From the NCBI GenBank assembly GCA_016777225.1, contig JADHRW010000001.1, positions 170,981-234,980 of the forward strand: DNA of 64,000 nucleotides, given 5' to 3'. Positions within the stretch are counted from its first letter, which is position 1, and every line of letters starts with the position of its first letter. The notes beneath the pieces were generated by a model, which saw only the letters and a list, made by a program, of their open reading frames with translations, did not search any database and was not told where the DNA came from. Shown one piece after another: positions 28,297 through 40,529 of the stretch. The position numbers and the translations under genes are program-made. The stretch comes from Candidatus Thalassarchaeum sp. Its GTDB lineage: Archaea; Thermoplasmatota; Poseidoniia; Poseidoniales; Thalassarchaeaceae.

Positions 28297-29696
28297 TTCC
28301 TACGAAAATTAACCATTCCCTCAAGAACTATACCCGTGATTATGAATGCCGGTAAACTTGCTAATAATCCAGTCCATAACAATTTATCGTCGACATAGTG
28401 AGGAGTAATTCGTACTTCACCTAATGCATCAGAATCTAAAGCATCAGATTCAGAAATTTTTACAAGAATTACATAAACATCAAACAGACTATCGGGAGTC
28501 ACTTCTAACTCAATTGAAGTATTAGTTTGTAGAGATGTTAGTTGACCTTCTGAAACAAAAGAATTCCAATCAAAAATTCCTTTTTCAACATGTTCTTCGA
28601 CATTATCTCTTTGTATTAATAGCACATCTATATCATAATTACCAACATTTGATACATCTACAAATACAGGATCCCACAAGCTGTGAACTTCGATAGTATC
28701 TAAATTAATATCACCAATTCCCACTCTTATATTTGCTTCATCATCATCAGTTCCAGGTCCATCTACTACACCAATCATTAACCATGAAGAACAAATAATC
28801 ATAGTAAATATAGATGCCATTAGTTGATTTCTATTTGGTAATAATGGACTCCACCCCTTTTCAGTCCTTGCGCGAACAATTGGTTGTACTGAATGTACAA
28901 AAGATGATGTGATTATTGCTAGTAAAATTCCCGGGATAATATCAACAAACCAATGAATCCCCAGATACTGGATAGAGAATAAGTAAATTATCACATTAAA
29001 GGTAACAAACATATCAAATTCCTTATGCCTCCAATCATTAAAATCTATTTCTAATTGCCTACAATGTAATCGATTAATTATGAGTAAACTGATGGGTAAG
29101 CCTACATGTAAACTAGGGATTGCATTATCCATCGGATCATTATCTGTGAAAAAGGCTAATGTGAATGAATCGTGATAAAGTAATGCATCCATATCAGCGA
29201 GATATGTTGAAGTCACTTCCACATTGAAAAATAGGTATAATGGGACACTGAGGATATAAATTATGAAATAATTGAGAGCGGCTTTATCTGCCATAACTTC
29301 ATCGCGGCATAAAATATAATACATTGGAGAAAACCAAATCATAAACAAATACATGAATAAATAATGTCCAGAAAGAATATTTGTCAAAGTATCATTCAAA
29401 AAGAATTCTTGGATATGGTTTGTCCAATCGCCTTCTATTGAATAAATCCAATGAGTAAATCCTCCTACCCTCTCTTTCATTGGTTCATTATGGTGGTCTA
29501 TTACAGCTTTGTAAAGGAACATAAGTACATAGAGTAAAATGTGCCACCAATAGCCTTTTTCTCGAATTTCATTAGGAAGATCTCTCAAAGAAACTCTCCT
29601 ATCCTTTTCATCTCGTGTCAAAAAGAAATGTATGGGTAATGTCATGAGTAACAAAGCACCCATCGATGTCCCATACGGACCAATCGGCCAATCCAT
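28281..29696 (-). CDS. Hypothetical polytopic membrane protein with a C-terminal extracytoplasmic domain
   Basis: 471-aa ORF. The N-terminal roughly 300 aa are aromatic-rich TM helices. The C-terminal roughly 150 aa are a soluble domain followed by a terminal TM. No confident family assignment. Confidence 0.4.
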   Translation of the reverse strand: MDWPIGPYGTSMGALLLMTLPIHFFLTRDEKDRRVSLRDLPNEIREKGYWWHILLYVLMFLYKAVIDHHNEPMKERVGGFTHWIYSIEGDWTNHIQEFFLNDTLTNILSGHYLFMYLFMIWFSPMYYILCRDEVMADKAALNYFIIYILSVPLYLFFNVEVTSTYLADMDALLYHDSFTLAFFTDNDPMDNAIPSLHVGLPISLLIINRLHCRQLEIDFNDWRHKEFDMFVTFNVIIYLFSIQYLGIHWFVDIIPGILLAIITSSFVHSVQPIVRARTEKGWSPLLPNRNQLMASIFTMIICSSWLMIGVVDGPGTDDDEANIRVGIGDINLDTIEVHSLWDPVFVDVSNVGNYDIDVLLIQRDNVEEHVEKGIFDWNSFVSEGQLTSLQTNTSIELEVTPDSLFDVYVILVKISESDALDSDALGEVRITPHYVDDKLLWTGLLASLPAFIITGIVLEGMVNFRRNQNKL

Positions 29697-29777
29697 CAGT
29701 CCTTCGCGTTATACTATGGGTCATCAACCATGCGGAAGTAGAAACAACTTTTATTCTGAAACCTCACATCAACACAC

Positions 29778-30245
29778 ATGGACGGTCATCAGATATGGAT
29801 GACGCAATGTCAAAAAATCAATTATACCCCTAAACCAAGACGCTACGAAGATGGGACAAGAACATCTTCGGATGCTGCTTTACAATTAGGTTGTGATATT
29901 TCACATATTGCTAAATCAATTGTTTTTATTGGAGAAAATAGTGCTATTGTTGTGATTACTTCAGGATCAAATAGAGTAGACAGAAAAAAGAAATTAAAAA
30001 AAATACTGGGATATAAACCAGGTCAGGCATCACCTGAATATGTATTAGAAAATACTGGATATGCTGTTGGAGGTGTCCCTCCTTTCGGTCATATGAAAAA
30101 TACTAAGATAATAATGGACGAAGATTTATTTGATTATGAGCTAATTTGGGGAGCAGGTGGTACTGCAGATACTGTATTTCCAATTACTCCAGATAAGCTA
30201 CTAGAAATCAGTCAGGCTTCAGTAAAAGATGTAAAACAAAAGTGA
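29778..30245 (+). CDS. YbaK/ProX-type aminoacyl-tRNA deacylase (prolyl-tRNA editing domain protein)
   Basis: 155-aa ORF with the YbaK-family motif GYAVGGVPPFGH and an overall matching pattern. Confidence 0.7.
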   Translation: MDGHQIWMTQCQKINYTPKPRRYEDGTRTSSDAALQLGCDISHIAKSIVFIGENSAIVVITSGSNRVDRKKKLKKILGYKPGQASPEYVLENTGYAVGGVPPFGHMKNTKIIMDEDLFDYELIWGAGGTADTVFPITPDKLLEISQASVKDVKQK

Positions 30246-30249
30246 TTTT

Positions 30250-30981
30250 ATGGTGACTAGTGAACTTATTAAGGCCGCTTCTAGACTTAGAGATGATGTG
30301 GATTTGATAGGAAATAGATTAGTCAAAGAGGGGACTGTAGATTGCGTTTATAATCCTCTAATTTATGCATGGGAACCTCATAAAGCATTCATTGAATTAG
30401 GGGGAGGAAAAGGAGCACAAACTCTCCTTCTAGGAATGAATCCTGGTCCTCATGGAATGGGACAAATGGGGATTCCTTTTTCGGCTACAAGTATAGTTAG
30501 AGATTTACTTAAAATAAGAAACTTAGAAGTCAAACAACCTCGGAATATACATCCAAAAAGAGCTGTTAAAGGACTGGATTGGCATAAAGAAGAAATTTCA
30601 GGAACAAGGTTATGGAATTTACTTGAAAGCGAATACGGTAATGCTGAAAATATATTTTCTAATGTATTCATAGTAAATCATTGTCCTTTAATGTTGTTTA
30701 AAGGAGAAAGAGCAATAAATATTACTCCAGATAAAATATCTGGAGAAAATACTAGAAGATTAATAGAAAGATGCGACCAACATCTAAGAGAAGTTGTAGA
30801 AATAATGGGTATAAAAAAAGTAATTGGTGTAGGTAAATATGCTGAAAAAAGAGCCACTGAGGTATTCAAAGAGATGAATATTCAAATTACTGGTTGTTGG
30901 CATCCATCTCCAGCATCACCCCTAGCTAATAGAAATAAAGGGGAAGATTGGAGAAATAATATTAGATCAGTTTTACCGTGA
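30250..30981 (+). CDS. SMUG1-like uracil-DNA glycosylase (UDG family 3)
   Basis: 243-aa ORF with SMUG1 motif 1 (LLLGMNPGPHGMGQMGIPF) and motif 2 (CWHPSPASPLANRN). Confidence 0.65.
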   Translation: MVTSELIKAASRLRDDVDLIGNRLVKEGTVDCVYNPLIYAWEPHKAFIELGGGKGAQTLLLGMNPGPHGMGQMGIPFSATSIVRDLLKIRNLEVKQPRNIHPKRAVKGLDWHKEEISGTRLWNLLESEYGNAENIFSNVFIVNHCPLMLFKGERAINITPDKISGENTRRLIERCDQHLREVVEIMGIKKVIGVGKYAEKRATEVFKEMNIQITGCWHPSPASPLANRNKGEDWRNNIRSVLP

Positions 30982-31069
30982 AATATTCAATTAGAGTGTT
31001 GTAAATAATACCTGATGTCAATAATTACACTAGTAAACAATTAAGGCGAAACATCGACTGTCCAGTCTC

Positions 31070-32851
31070 ATGTCTGCAATGACCACCCCCGAATACCTGA
31101 TGGCGAACGCAAAGAATTATGCAAATGACAAAGCAATTTCTACAAAGAATTCTGATGGAGAATGGAATCATATTAGTTGGAGTGATTTCCATGACCAAAC
31201 TGCATCTGTTGCTAAATCATTAATCGCTATGGGATTCGAGGAAGGCGATAAATTAAGCATTTATTCATACAATAGAGTGGAATGGTATACATCTTATCAC
31301 GCTGCAAATATGTGTAACGGAGCAGCGGTTGGTGTCTACCATACTTGTTCTCCAGAAGAGGTTGAATGGGTGGTTGGAAATTCAGATTCAAAAGTTGTAT
31401 TTGTAGGAGATAATCCTATGGATGGAGGGAATACAGGTAAAATGTGTGCCCATAGATTACATGCAATAATGGATAAATTAGACAAAGTAGAAGCAGTAGT
31501 TGTAATGGATGGAGTTGATATGCCGGAACATCCAAAATGTATTTCTTGGTCTGAGTTCATAGAAAAAGGATCAGAAGTTGATTACTCAGAAATAGAAAAG
31601 AGAGTTAGTAACATTACCCCCGAAGACACATTTACTTTAATCTACACATCAGGTACAACTGGCCAGCCAAAGGGAGTAGAACTGAGTCATGATAATATAG
31701 ATTTCGAGTTAGCAGAAGTTTGGAAATTACAAGAGTTTGAAAGAGGATGGGGTTATGTTTCATGGCTACCTTGCGCTCATGTATTTGGACAATTAGTAGA
31801 CTGTCATGCACACATCAGGTGGGGACTTCACATGACTGTTGTTGATGCACCATTAAATGTCATAGATTATGCTAAAGAAGTACAACCTCATCTATTTATT
31901 GGAGTACCTAGAATCTATGAGAAGGTTTACAGTAATCTAGTTGCAAAACTAGGAGGTAAAGTAAAATTAGCTAAACTACCTATTATCGGCGGAATTATCA
32001 AAAAGAAGGCTAAAGAAGCAATTGGGATGTCAAATTGTGTATATGCAATTACTGGTGCCGCACCAATTAATCCTGATATTTTGAAATTATTCCATACGCT
32101 TGATATTCCTTTGTACGAAGGATATGGTATGACTGAAACTACAGCAGGTGCAAGTCTTGGATTCAAGAAAAATCACAAATTTGGGACTGTAGGTAAACCT
32201 TTCACAGGAACTGAGCTAAGGATTTCAGAATCTGGAGAAATTCTCTTCAGAGGAAGGCACGTCATGAAAGGATACTACAAAAATCCGGAGGCTACTGCAG
32301 ATACAATTGATTCTGAGGGATGGTTGCATTCTGGAGATAAAGGTGAAATTGATGCAGACGGATATGTTAAGATCACTGGAAGAATCAAGGAACTATATGT
32401 GAGCTCAGGAGGTAAAAATATTGCACCATTAGTCATTGAAGAAACAATGAAGTCAATACCTATGGTATCTCAATGTATGCTTATTGGAGATGGGAGAAAA
32501 TACTGTAGTGCATTATTTACTTTAGATATTGGAGCAATTTTAAGAGATAAACATGGCATGGACCCTGCGAAAATACCAAAAGACCCTGCAGTACAAATAA
32601 CAACTCTCGAAGGCTTCGGAAAAACAGTATCTGACTATACAGATAGTGAAGAAATATTTAATGAAATGCAAGCGGAAGTGACTAGACTTAATGGACAATT
32701 CAGCAATCCAGAACAAATAAAGAAATTCACAATTTTGCCTAGAGATTTAAATGTAGATTTTGGCGAATTAACTCCTACTCTGAAAATTAGAAGAATACAA
32801 ATTAGAGAAAATTGGTCTGCTGAAATTGAAGCAATGTATGAAGGCGCTTGA
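31070..32851 (+). CDS. Long-chain fatty acid--CoA ligase (AMP-forming acyl-CoA synthetase)
   Basis: 593-aa ORF with AMP-binding motif I (YTSGTTGQPKGVE), motif II (YGMTETT) and a GDKGEID-type motif. Confidence 0.8.
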   Translation: MSAMTTPEYLMANAKNYANDKAISTKNSDGEWNHISWSDFHDQTASVAKSLIAMGFEEGDKLSIYSYNRVEWYTSYHAANMCNGAAVGVYHTCSPEEVEWVVGNSDSKVVFVGDNPMDGGNTGKMCAHRLHAIMDKLDKVEAVVVMDGVDMPEHPKCISWSEFIEKGSEVDYSEIEKRVSNITPEDTFTLIYTSGTTGQPKGVELSHDNIDFELAEVWKLQEFERGWGYVSWLPCAHVFGQLVDCHAHIRWGLHMTVVDAPLNVIDYAKEVQPHLFIGVPRIYEKVYSNLVAKLGGKVKLAKLPIIGGIIKKKAKEAIGMSNCVYAITGAAPINPDILKLFHTLDIPLYEGYGMTETTAGASLGFKKNHKFGTVGKPFTGTELRISESGEILFRGRHVMKGYYKNPEATADTIDSEGWLHSGDKGEIDADGYVKITGRIKELYVSSGGKNIAPLVIEETMKSIPMVSQCMLIGDGRKYCSALFTLDIGAILRDKHGMDPAKIPKDPAVQITTLEGFGKTVSDYTDSEEIFNEMQAEVTRLNGQFSNPEQIKKFTILPRDLNVDFGELTPTLKIRRIQIRENWSAEIEAMYEGA

Positions 32852-33489
32852 AAAGCGGTGACACAATGACACCTGAAGCATGGGTTGCCCTGGCGACAGT
32901 TTTTTGTCTCGGAGCAATGAGTCCAGGGCCTTCTTTAGCTGTAGTTCTACGTAATACCTTAGCAGGGGGAAGAACACAGGGGGTAATGACTGGAGTAGGG
33001 CATGGCATTGGATTTGGAATTTATGCATTCCTTGCAGCAGGAGCTTTTGCTACTGCAATATCTATACATGAAACAGCCGAAAATGGACTTAAATGGGCAG
33101 GAGTATGTATTCTTATTTGGCTCGGATATAGTTTCCTTAATCATGCAAGAAAAGGACCTTCAGAATCTCTTGATGAAGAGCATAAAGAAGCAATGAATAA
33201 ACAAGGATTTATTCAAGGATTTTCGATTGCATTATTGAATCCAAAGATTTTAGCTTGGATGTTAGCACTTTATACACCATTTATTGAAGATAATGTGAGT
33301 CTTGAAACACTTCTGGGAATGGGAGCTTTGGGCATGATTATTGATGGCACTTGGTACGTAACTGTAGCGATGTTATTAACAACAGGGGGGCGAGTAGAAA
33401 AACTAAGATCTATTTCACATATTATTGATGGTGCAATGGGTTTACTGATGTTTGTATTTGCAGGACTAATGGTTGGAGGAGTAATATAA
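32848..33489 (+). CDS. LysE/RhtB-family amino-acid efflux protein
   Basis: 213-aa ORF with 6 TM helices. The N-terminal block (LGAMSPGPSLAVVL) is typical of RhtB/LysE. It overlaps the stop of the acyl-CoA ligase gene. Confidence 0.65.
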   Translation: MKSGDTMTPEAWVALATVFCLGAMSPGPSLAVVLRNTLAGGRTQGVMTGVGHGIGFGIYAFLAAGAFATAISIHETAENGLKWAGVCILIWLGYSFLNHARKGPSESLDEEHKEAMNKQGFIQGFSIALLNPKILAWMLALYTPFIEDNVSLETLLGMGALGMIIDGTWYVTVAMLLTTGGRVEKLRSISHIIDGAMGLLMFVFAGLMVGGVI

Positions 33490-34278
33490 TTACCAACTAT
33501 CAAAAAACAGGAATGCGAGGAATAATATAGAAAAACAGAAGGAAACGGGAGCTACAATAATTCCACCAAGTAACCCAAATCCTAAAGATTTATTTTTCTT
33601 AACAAAACTCCAAATTACAATAATAAGATAGAATATAGGAATCAATATAGGTAAGAAACTCAGAAGTATTGAATCAAGTGACATATCTGAATCACCGTAT
33701 ACAAAAGCTTCAGAGATTTGTTCATCAGAATCCGTAGCATAAATAAAATTTTTACTAGAAATCTGCAAATAAGTGTTAGTATTTTCCAATGAACCTTGAC
33801 ATTCCATTGAGTACCAAAGATCACCTTCATCAGATTCAATCAGAGTAAACATCAGGTCCATATCAAAATAACAATAACCCCAAAAACCGTCAGAATCATA
33901 GCTATTTATGCTTGTATCAAACCAATAATCATTATCATCAATTTCATATATATCTATATCTGGAATATCAAAAAATACTTCCCAAGTATTGTATTCTTCA
34001 CCAGAAATAAGTACGGTTCCCGAATCATAGTTATCAGAAAAATAGTGACTATCATCATAATAAGTGTCATTTTGAGCATCTTCAGATAATATTGTGCTTA
34101 AAGCTATTATAAATCCAGCAAAAATTGGAATTAGAAGTAATCCAATAAAAAATTGTGACCATATGAATCTATTTGGATCTTCAGGAGTAATGGAGAATGA
34201 GGAAGAAGAGCCTGAAATAGAACCTACATTACCAGTAAATACATTACCTGAATTAGAGGATTTGGGGTCGTCAATCAT
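33490..34278 (-). CDS. Hypothetical two-TM protein with a highly acidic, Asp/Tyr/Trp-rich extracytoplasmic domain
   Basis: 262-aa ORF with a TM near residue 45 and a C-terminal TM pair. The central region is rich in D, Y, W, F and S. Confidence 0.4.
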   Translation of the reverse strand: MIDDPKSSNSGNVFTGNVGSISGSSSSFSITPEDPNRFIWSQFFIGLLLIPIFAGFIIALSTILSEDAQNDTYYDDSHYFSDNYDSGTVLISGEEYNTWEVFFDIPDIDIYEIDDNDYWFDTSINSYDSDGFWGYCYFDMDLMFTLIESDEGDLWYSMECQGSLENTNTYLQISSKNFIYATDSDEQISEAFVYGDSDMSLDSILLSFLPILIPIFYLIIVIWSFVKKNKSLGFGLLGGIIVAPVSFCFSILFLAFLFFDSW

Positions 34279-34337
34279 AATTTCAAACCTTGGGACAGTA
34301 CATCATTTGAGAAATCTTTGCCATAATAATTTATTTT

Positions 34338-34829
34338 TCATACGAATACAAATGGTAAATGTAATAATAAATCTAGAACTATCGCTAGAGCTCCTGCTTC
34401 AGAAGAAGGACTGTTACTAGTATTTCCACTAGGTGGAGAAAGTCGTTGTAGTTCCCCAGCATCAAGCCAGATAGAAGAGCAATTGGGACAACCATCTATT
34501 TCAATTAGTTCGGTTAATGAACCATCGATTTTTCTAAATGCAAAGTCTCGAACTTTCATCTCAGAATCACAAAATGGACAACAAATATCCAATGAAATAC
34601 CCTCATCTTTGAAACCATCATGTATCATTTCTAGTTTTTTAATACAAATCTCAGATGAGGCTGCATTGGGATTCAATGCTAAGCCCGAGCAAGTTGGGCA
34701 ATGAGAAATACCATTTCGTAAAAACACAGATTTCTGGCTATTATCTGGAGAAACTAATGCGCTACCGTCTCTTGGACAGTGTAGAATACTAGACACCACA
34801 TTGTATTCGAATAAATCACACCTATTCAA
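34338..34829 (-). CDS. Hypothetical protein with four CxxC pairs (two zinc-ribbon units) and a C-terminal hydrophobic tail
   Basis: 163-aa ORF with four CxxC pairs (CPRDG...CPTCSG; CCPFCDS...CPNCSS). It ends in a hydrophobic segment (ALAIVLDLLLHLPFVFV). Confidence 0.45.
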   Translation of the reverse strand: MNRCDLFEYNVVSSILHCPRDGSALVSPDNSQKSVFLRNGISHCPTCSGLALNPNAASSEICIKKLEMIHDGFKDEGISLDICCPFCDSEMKVRDFAFRKIDGSLTELIEIDGCPNCSSIWLDAGELQRLSPPSGNTSNSPSSEAGALAIVLDLLLHLPFVFV

Positions 34830-35015
34830 GACTTACCCGGATTGACTCGAAAAACACAAATTTATTACCCAATTCAATACTTTACTAAATAAAAATTTAG
34901 GGTTTATAAATTACATTAAAAAAATGCAGAAAATAGTTAAATAATGATAAATATCTATTGAAAATAATGAATAATTTACTCAAAAAATGAAAAAATATCA
35001 ATCGGCGGATTAAAT

Positions 35016-35032
35016 GGGACACTTAGTGTCCC
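35016..35032. promoter_or_regulatory. Perfect 7-bp inverted repeat (GGGACAC-TTA-GTGTCCC) 6 nt upstream of the icmF start, at the end of a roughly 200-bp AT-rich leader
   Basis: Read directly from the sequence. The preceding 34830..35015 is more than 75% AT with A-tracts. The position fits an operator or 5'-UTR hairpin for icmF. Confidence 0.3.
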
Positions 35033-35038
35033 GAGTTC

Positions 35039-38000
35039 ATGCCAAACTCTGCCGAGACAGGTGGAACTCCGCTAAGAATCATTACAGCAGCCGCTATATT
35101 TGATGGCCACGATGCAGCGATTGGAATTTTTAGACGTATATTCCAGTCAATGGGATGTGAAGTAATTCATTTAGGACATGACAGAGGTGCGGATGAAGTT
35201 GCCAAAGCTGCAATTCAAGAGGATGCACATTGTGTTGCAATTACTTCATACCAAGGTGGAGCTGTTGAAATGTTCACTCATACTAAACAAATTTTAGACA
35301 AAGCCGGCTTCAGCCATGTTAGTTTAGTAGGAGGTGGAGGAGGAACTATACTCCCACGTGAAATACAACATTTACTTGATTCTAATATTGCTAAAATATA
35401 TTCTCCCGAAGATGGAAGAGAATTAGGCCTTACGGGAATGGTATCGGATGCGATACAAAGAGCTTCGAAAAATAATTTATTAGATCCTGAAAGATTTGAG
35501 TCAATGAAAAAACCAATTACTGCAAACAACCAGGGGGATGTATCAAAATTACTTACATTAGCTGAAAATGCAGATGAAAACACATTTAATAAAATCTTAG
35601 AACAAGTTCGATCAACCGATGGTTCAAACTGCCCGGTTGTAGGATTGACTGGCACTGGAGGAGCCGGAAAATCAAGCCTCACTGATGAATTGATGTTAAG
35701 GATACAAAGAGATAATCCGGGAACTAAAATCGCTCTACTAGCAACAGACCCTACTCGTAAAAGAACTGGAGGTGCATTACTAGGAGATAGAATTAGAATG
35801 AATTCATTATCTGATGAAAATCTATTCATGCGCTCATTTGCTAGTAGAGATAGCGGTAGAGAGATTGCGGATTGTATAGGACGCTCTATCGAAGCCTGTA
35901 AGGCAGTTGGATTTGACCTTGTAGTTGTTGAAACTAGTGGAATTGGGCAAGGTAATGATGCAATTACAGAAGTTGCTGATCTTTCTTTGTATGTAACTAC
36001 AAGAGAATATGGAGCACCTAGTCAACTGGAAAAGTTAGAAATGTTAGATTCAGCAGATATTGTAGTTCTGAATAAATTCGATAGGCCAGGAGCAGAAGAT
36101 GCACTAGCAGAAATCCGTAAACAATTCAAAAGAAACAGAGAGATGTGGGATGCAGATAATTCAGAACTTCCGGTAGTTCCAACCATTGCCAGTCAATTTG
36201 CTGATGCCGGAGTCGACCAACTTTGGGAGAAATTATGTATTTTATTAAATGAAAAATATTCACAGTCATTTTCTGCTGCAGAACCTAGATTAGGAGCGGA
36301 TGGTCTCCCACATCGTTCATCTCCTATACCTCCAGAAAGACAAGGATACTTGGCTGAGGTCTCAAGTTCTATCAGAAATTATCATACAAGAACAGAAGAG
36401 GTTTCTTCGAAGATGAGACTAGTTCAACAGTTGGAAGCGGCATCAGAACAAATGAAATCAAAGAAGAATAAAGTTGCGTTAGAAGAGCTCAAAAAAGAAG
36501 CAAATATGATTCGCTCAGAAATACCCGAGAGCGCTTGGAAAAGTTTGGATAATTTTAGATTTAAAGCAGAAGAGTATCGCTCAGGAGCAACTAGTTACAC
36601 AGTAAGAAATAAAGAAATTCCTGTAAAAACCACCAAAACTACCCTTTCGGGATTAGATCTACCAAGAGTAGCATTGCCTGATTATAGCGATTGGGGAGAT
36701 ACTTTACAGTGGATTAGAAAAGAGAATATACCAGGTTCATTCCCATATACAGGAGGAGTATTTCCCTTCAAGAGACAAGATGAGCTACCTGTCAGAATGT
36801 TTGCTGGAGAGGGGAGCGCAGAGAGAACAAATAAGAGATATCACTTCCTTTCTAAAGACCAAGATTTCAATAGGCTATCAGTTGCATTCGATTCTCCCAG
36901 CTTATACGGAAATGATCCTCAAGAGAGGTTAGATATTTTTGGAAAGGTTTGTGAAAGTGGAGTTTCAATAAGTACTGTAGATGAGATGGAGAAGTTATTC
37001 GAGGGATTTGATTTGTGTGCTCCTAATACCTCAGTATCGAAAACTATCAATGGAAATTATTGGTGGCATCTTGCTGCTTTCTTTAATGTGGCAATTAGAC
37101 AACAGGTAAAGAAGTTCGAAGAAGAGAATGGACGCAAACCAAATGAGAAAGAACATGTAAAGATTAAGAATAGAACTCTGAGTACTGTTAGAGGGACTGT
37201 TCAAGCGGATCAATTGAAAGAATCTATGGGTCAGAATACACTGGTATTCAATCTCGATACGGCATTGAGAATGATGGGGGATGTTGCTGAGTTCTATGTA
37301 GATAATGAAGTAAGGAACCATTATTTCGTTTCAATTTCAGGATATCATATTGCTGAAGCAGGGGCAAATCCAATTTCTCAAGCAGCACTCACACTATCCA
37401 ATGGTTTGACATATGTTGAATTATTCAATTCAAGAGGATTAGATGCTAATAAGTTCTTGAGGAACTTCAGTTGGTTCTTCTCCAATGGTATGGATCCCGA
37501 GTATGCAGTAATTGGTAGAGTGTGTAGAAGAATCTGGGCTATTGCTATGCGTGATATGTACGGAGTTGATGATCGTAGTCAGAAACTCAAATATCACATA
37601 CAGAGTAGTGGCAGATCACTGCATGCTCAAGAATATACTTGGAATGATTATCGTACAACATTACAAGCACTTTATGCACTTGCAGATAATGCAAATTCAT
37701 TACATACAAATTCTCGTGATGAGGCGTTTGGAACACCTACAGAAGATACTGTAAGAGATGCTGTAGCAATTCAACTAATTCTATCAAAAGAATACGGTTG
37801 GTTACAAAATGAAAATCCTCTGCAAGGATCACATATAGCTGACTGGCTGACTGATTCTGTAGAAGAAGAGATTCTGAAAATTTTCGAAGAAATGCATAGA
37901 CGAGGAGGAGTTCTTGGGGCTCTAGAAGTTAATTATCAGAGAAATCGAATACAAGATGAGTCGATGATTTATGAGCATAGAAAGCACTCGGGAGAGTTAC

Positions 38001-38299
38001 CAATTATTGGAGTTAACACTTTTGAAGAAGGTGTAGATAATTCATTATCAGTGGAAGAATTTGATATCGAAGTTACACGATCTGATAAAGAGGAAAGAAT
38101 GATGGTTATAGAGAGGAATAGAGCATTCAAAAAAGTACATTCTAAAGAAGCAGAAGAAGGATTAGAAAGACTCAAAAAAGTAGCAAGAGAAGGTGGAAAT
38201 CTGTTTGAAGTCATGATGGACATTGTAGAACATTGCACCGTTGGACAAGTGACACAAGCACTTTTCGAGACTGGCGGAAAGTTCCGTAGAAATATGTAA
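35039..38299 (+). CDS. icmF: Fused isobutyryl-CoA mutase-type B12-dependent acyl-CoA mutase (B12-binding domain + MeaB-like G-protein + mutase catalytic domain)
   Basis: 1086-aa ORF. The N-terminal B12-binding domain carries the DxHxxG motif (FDGHDAAIG). The central MeaB/ArgK-type GTPase has a P-loop GLTGTGGAGKSSL. The roughly 550-aa C-terminal region is a methylmalonyl-CoA-mutase-like substrate domain. Order and size match IcmF. Confidence 0.8.
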   Translation: MPNSAETGGTPLRIITAAAIFDGHDAAIGIFRRIFQSMGCEVIHLGHDRGADEVAKAAIQEDAHCVAITSYQGGAVEMFTHTKQILDKAGFSHVSLVGGGGGTILPREIQHLLDSNIAKIYSPEDGRELGLTGMVSDAIQRASKNNLLDPERFESMKKPITANNQGDVSKLLTLAENADENTFNKILEQVRSTDGSNCPVVGLTGTGGAGKSSLTDELMLRIQRDNPGTKIALLATDPTRKRTGGALLGDRIRMNSLSDENLFMRSFASRDSGREIADCIGRSIEACKAVGFDLVVVETSGIGQGNDAITEVADLSLYVTTREYGAPSQLEKLEMLDSADIVVLNKFDRPGAEDALAEIRKQFKRNREMWDADNSELPVVPTIASQFADAGVDQLWEKLCILLNEKYSQSFSAAEPRLGADGLPHRSSPIPPERQGYLAEVSSSIRNYHTRTEEVSSKMRLVQQLEAASEQMKSKKNKVALEELKKEANMIRSEIPESAWKSLDNFRFKAEEYRSGATSYTVRNKEIPVKTTKTTLSGLDLPRVALPDYSDWGDTLQWIRKENIPGSFPYTGGVFPFKRQDELPVRMFAGEGSAERTNKRYHFLSKDQDFNRLSVAFDSPSLYGNDPQERLDIFGKVCESGVSISTVDEMEKLFEGFDLCAPNTSVSKTINGNYWWHLAAFFNVAIRQQVKKFEEENGRKPNEKEHVKIKNRTLSTVRGTVQADQLKESMGQNTLVFNLDTALRMMGDVAEFYVDNEVRNHYFVSISGYHIAEAGANPISQAALTLSNGLTYVELFNSRGLDANKFLRNFSWFFSNGMDPEYAVIGRVCRRIWAIAMRDMYGVDDRSQKLKYHIQSSGRSLHAQEYTWNDYRTTLQALYALADNANSLHTNSRDEAFGTPTEDTVRDAVAIQLILSKEYGWLQNENPLQGSHIADWLTDSVEEEILKIFEEMHRRGGVLGALEVNYQRNRIQDESMIYEHRKHSGELPIIGVNTFEEGVDNSLSVEEFDIEVTRSDKEERMMVIERNRAFKKVHSKEAEEGLERLKKVAREGGNLFEVMMDIVEHCTVGQVTQALFETGGKFRRNM

Positions 38300-38353
38300 A
38301 ATTACCGTGTTAAATCAAGGATAACTTGTAGAATCATTAATACATTAAATTAG

Positions 38354-40510
<2,157 letters not shown>

Positions 40511-40529
40511 AAAGATAATTGCTTTACTT

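Noticed and set aside
34830-35015. A second replication origin in the AT-rich tract upstream of icmF
   Set aside because: It is AT-rich with A-tracts but lacks the GATTGRAA repeats and has no adjacent initiator gene. It is more simply explained as a divergent promoter/leader region.
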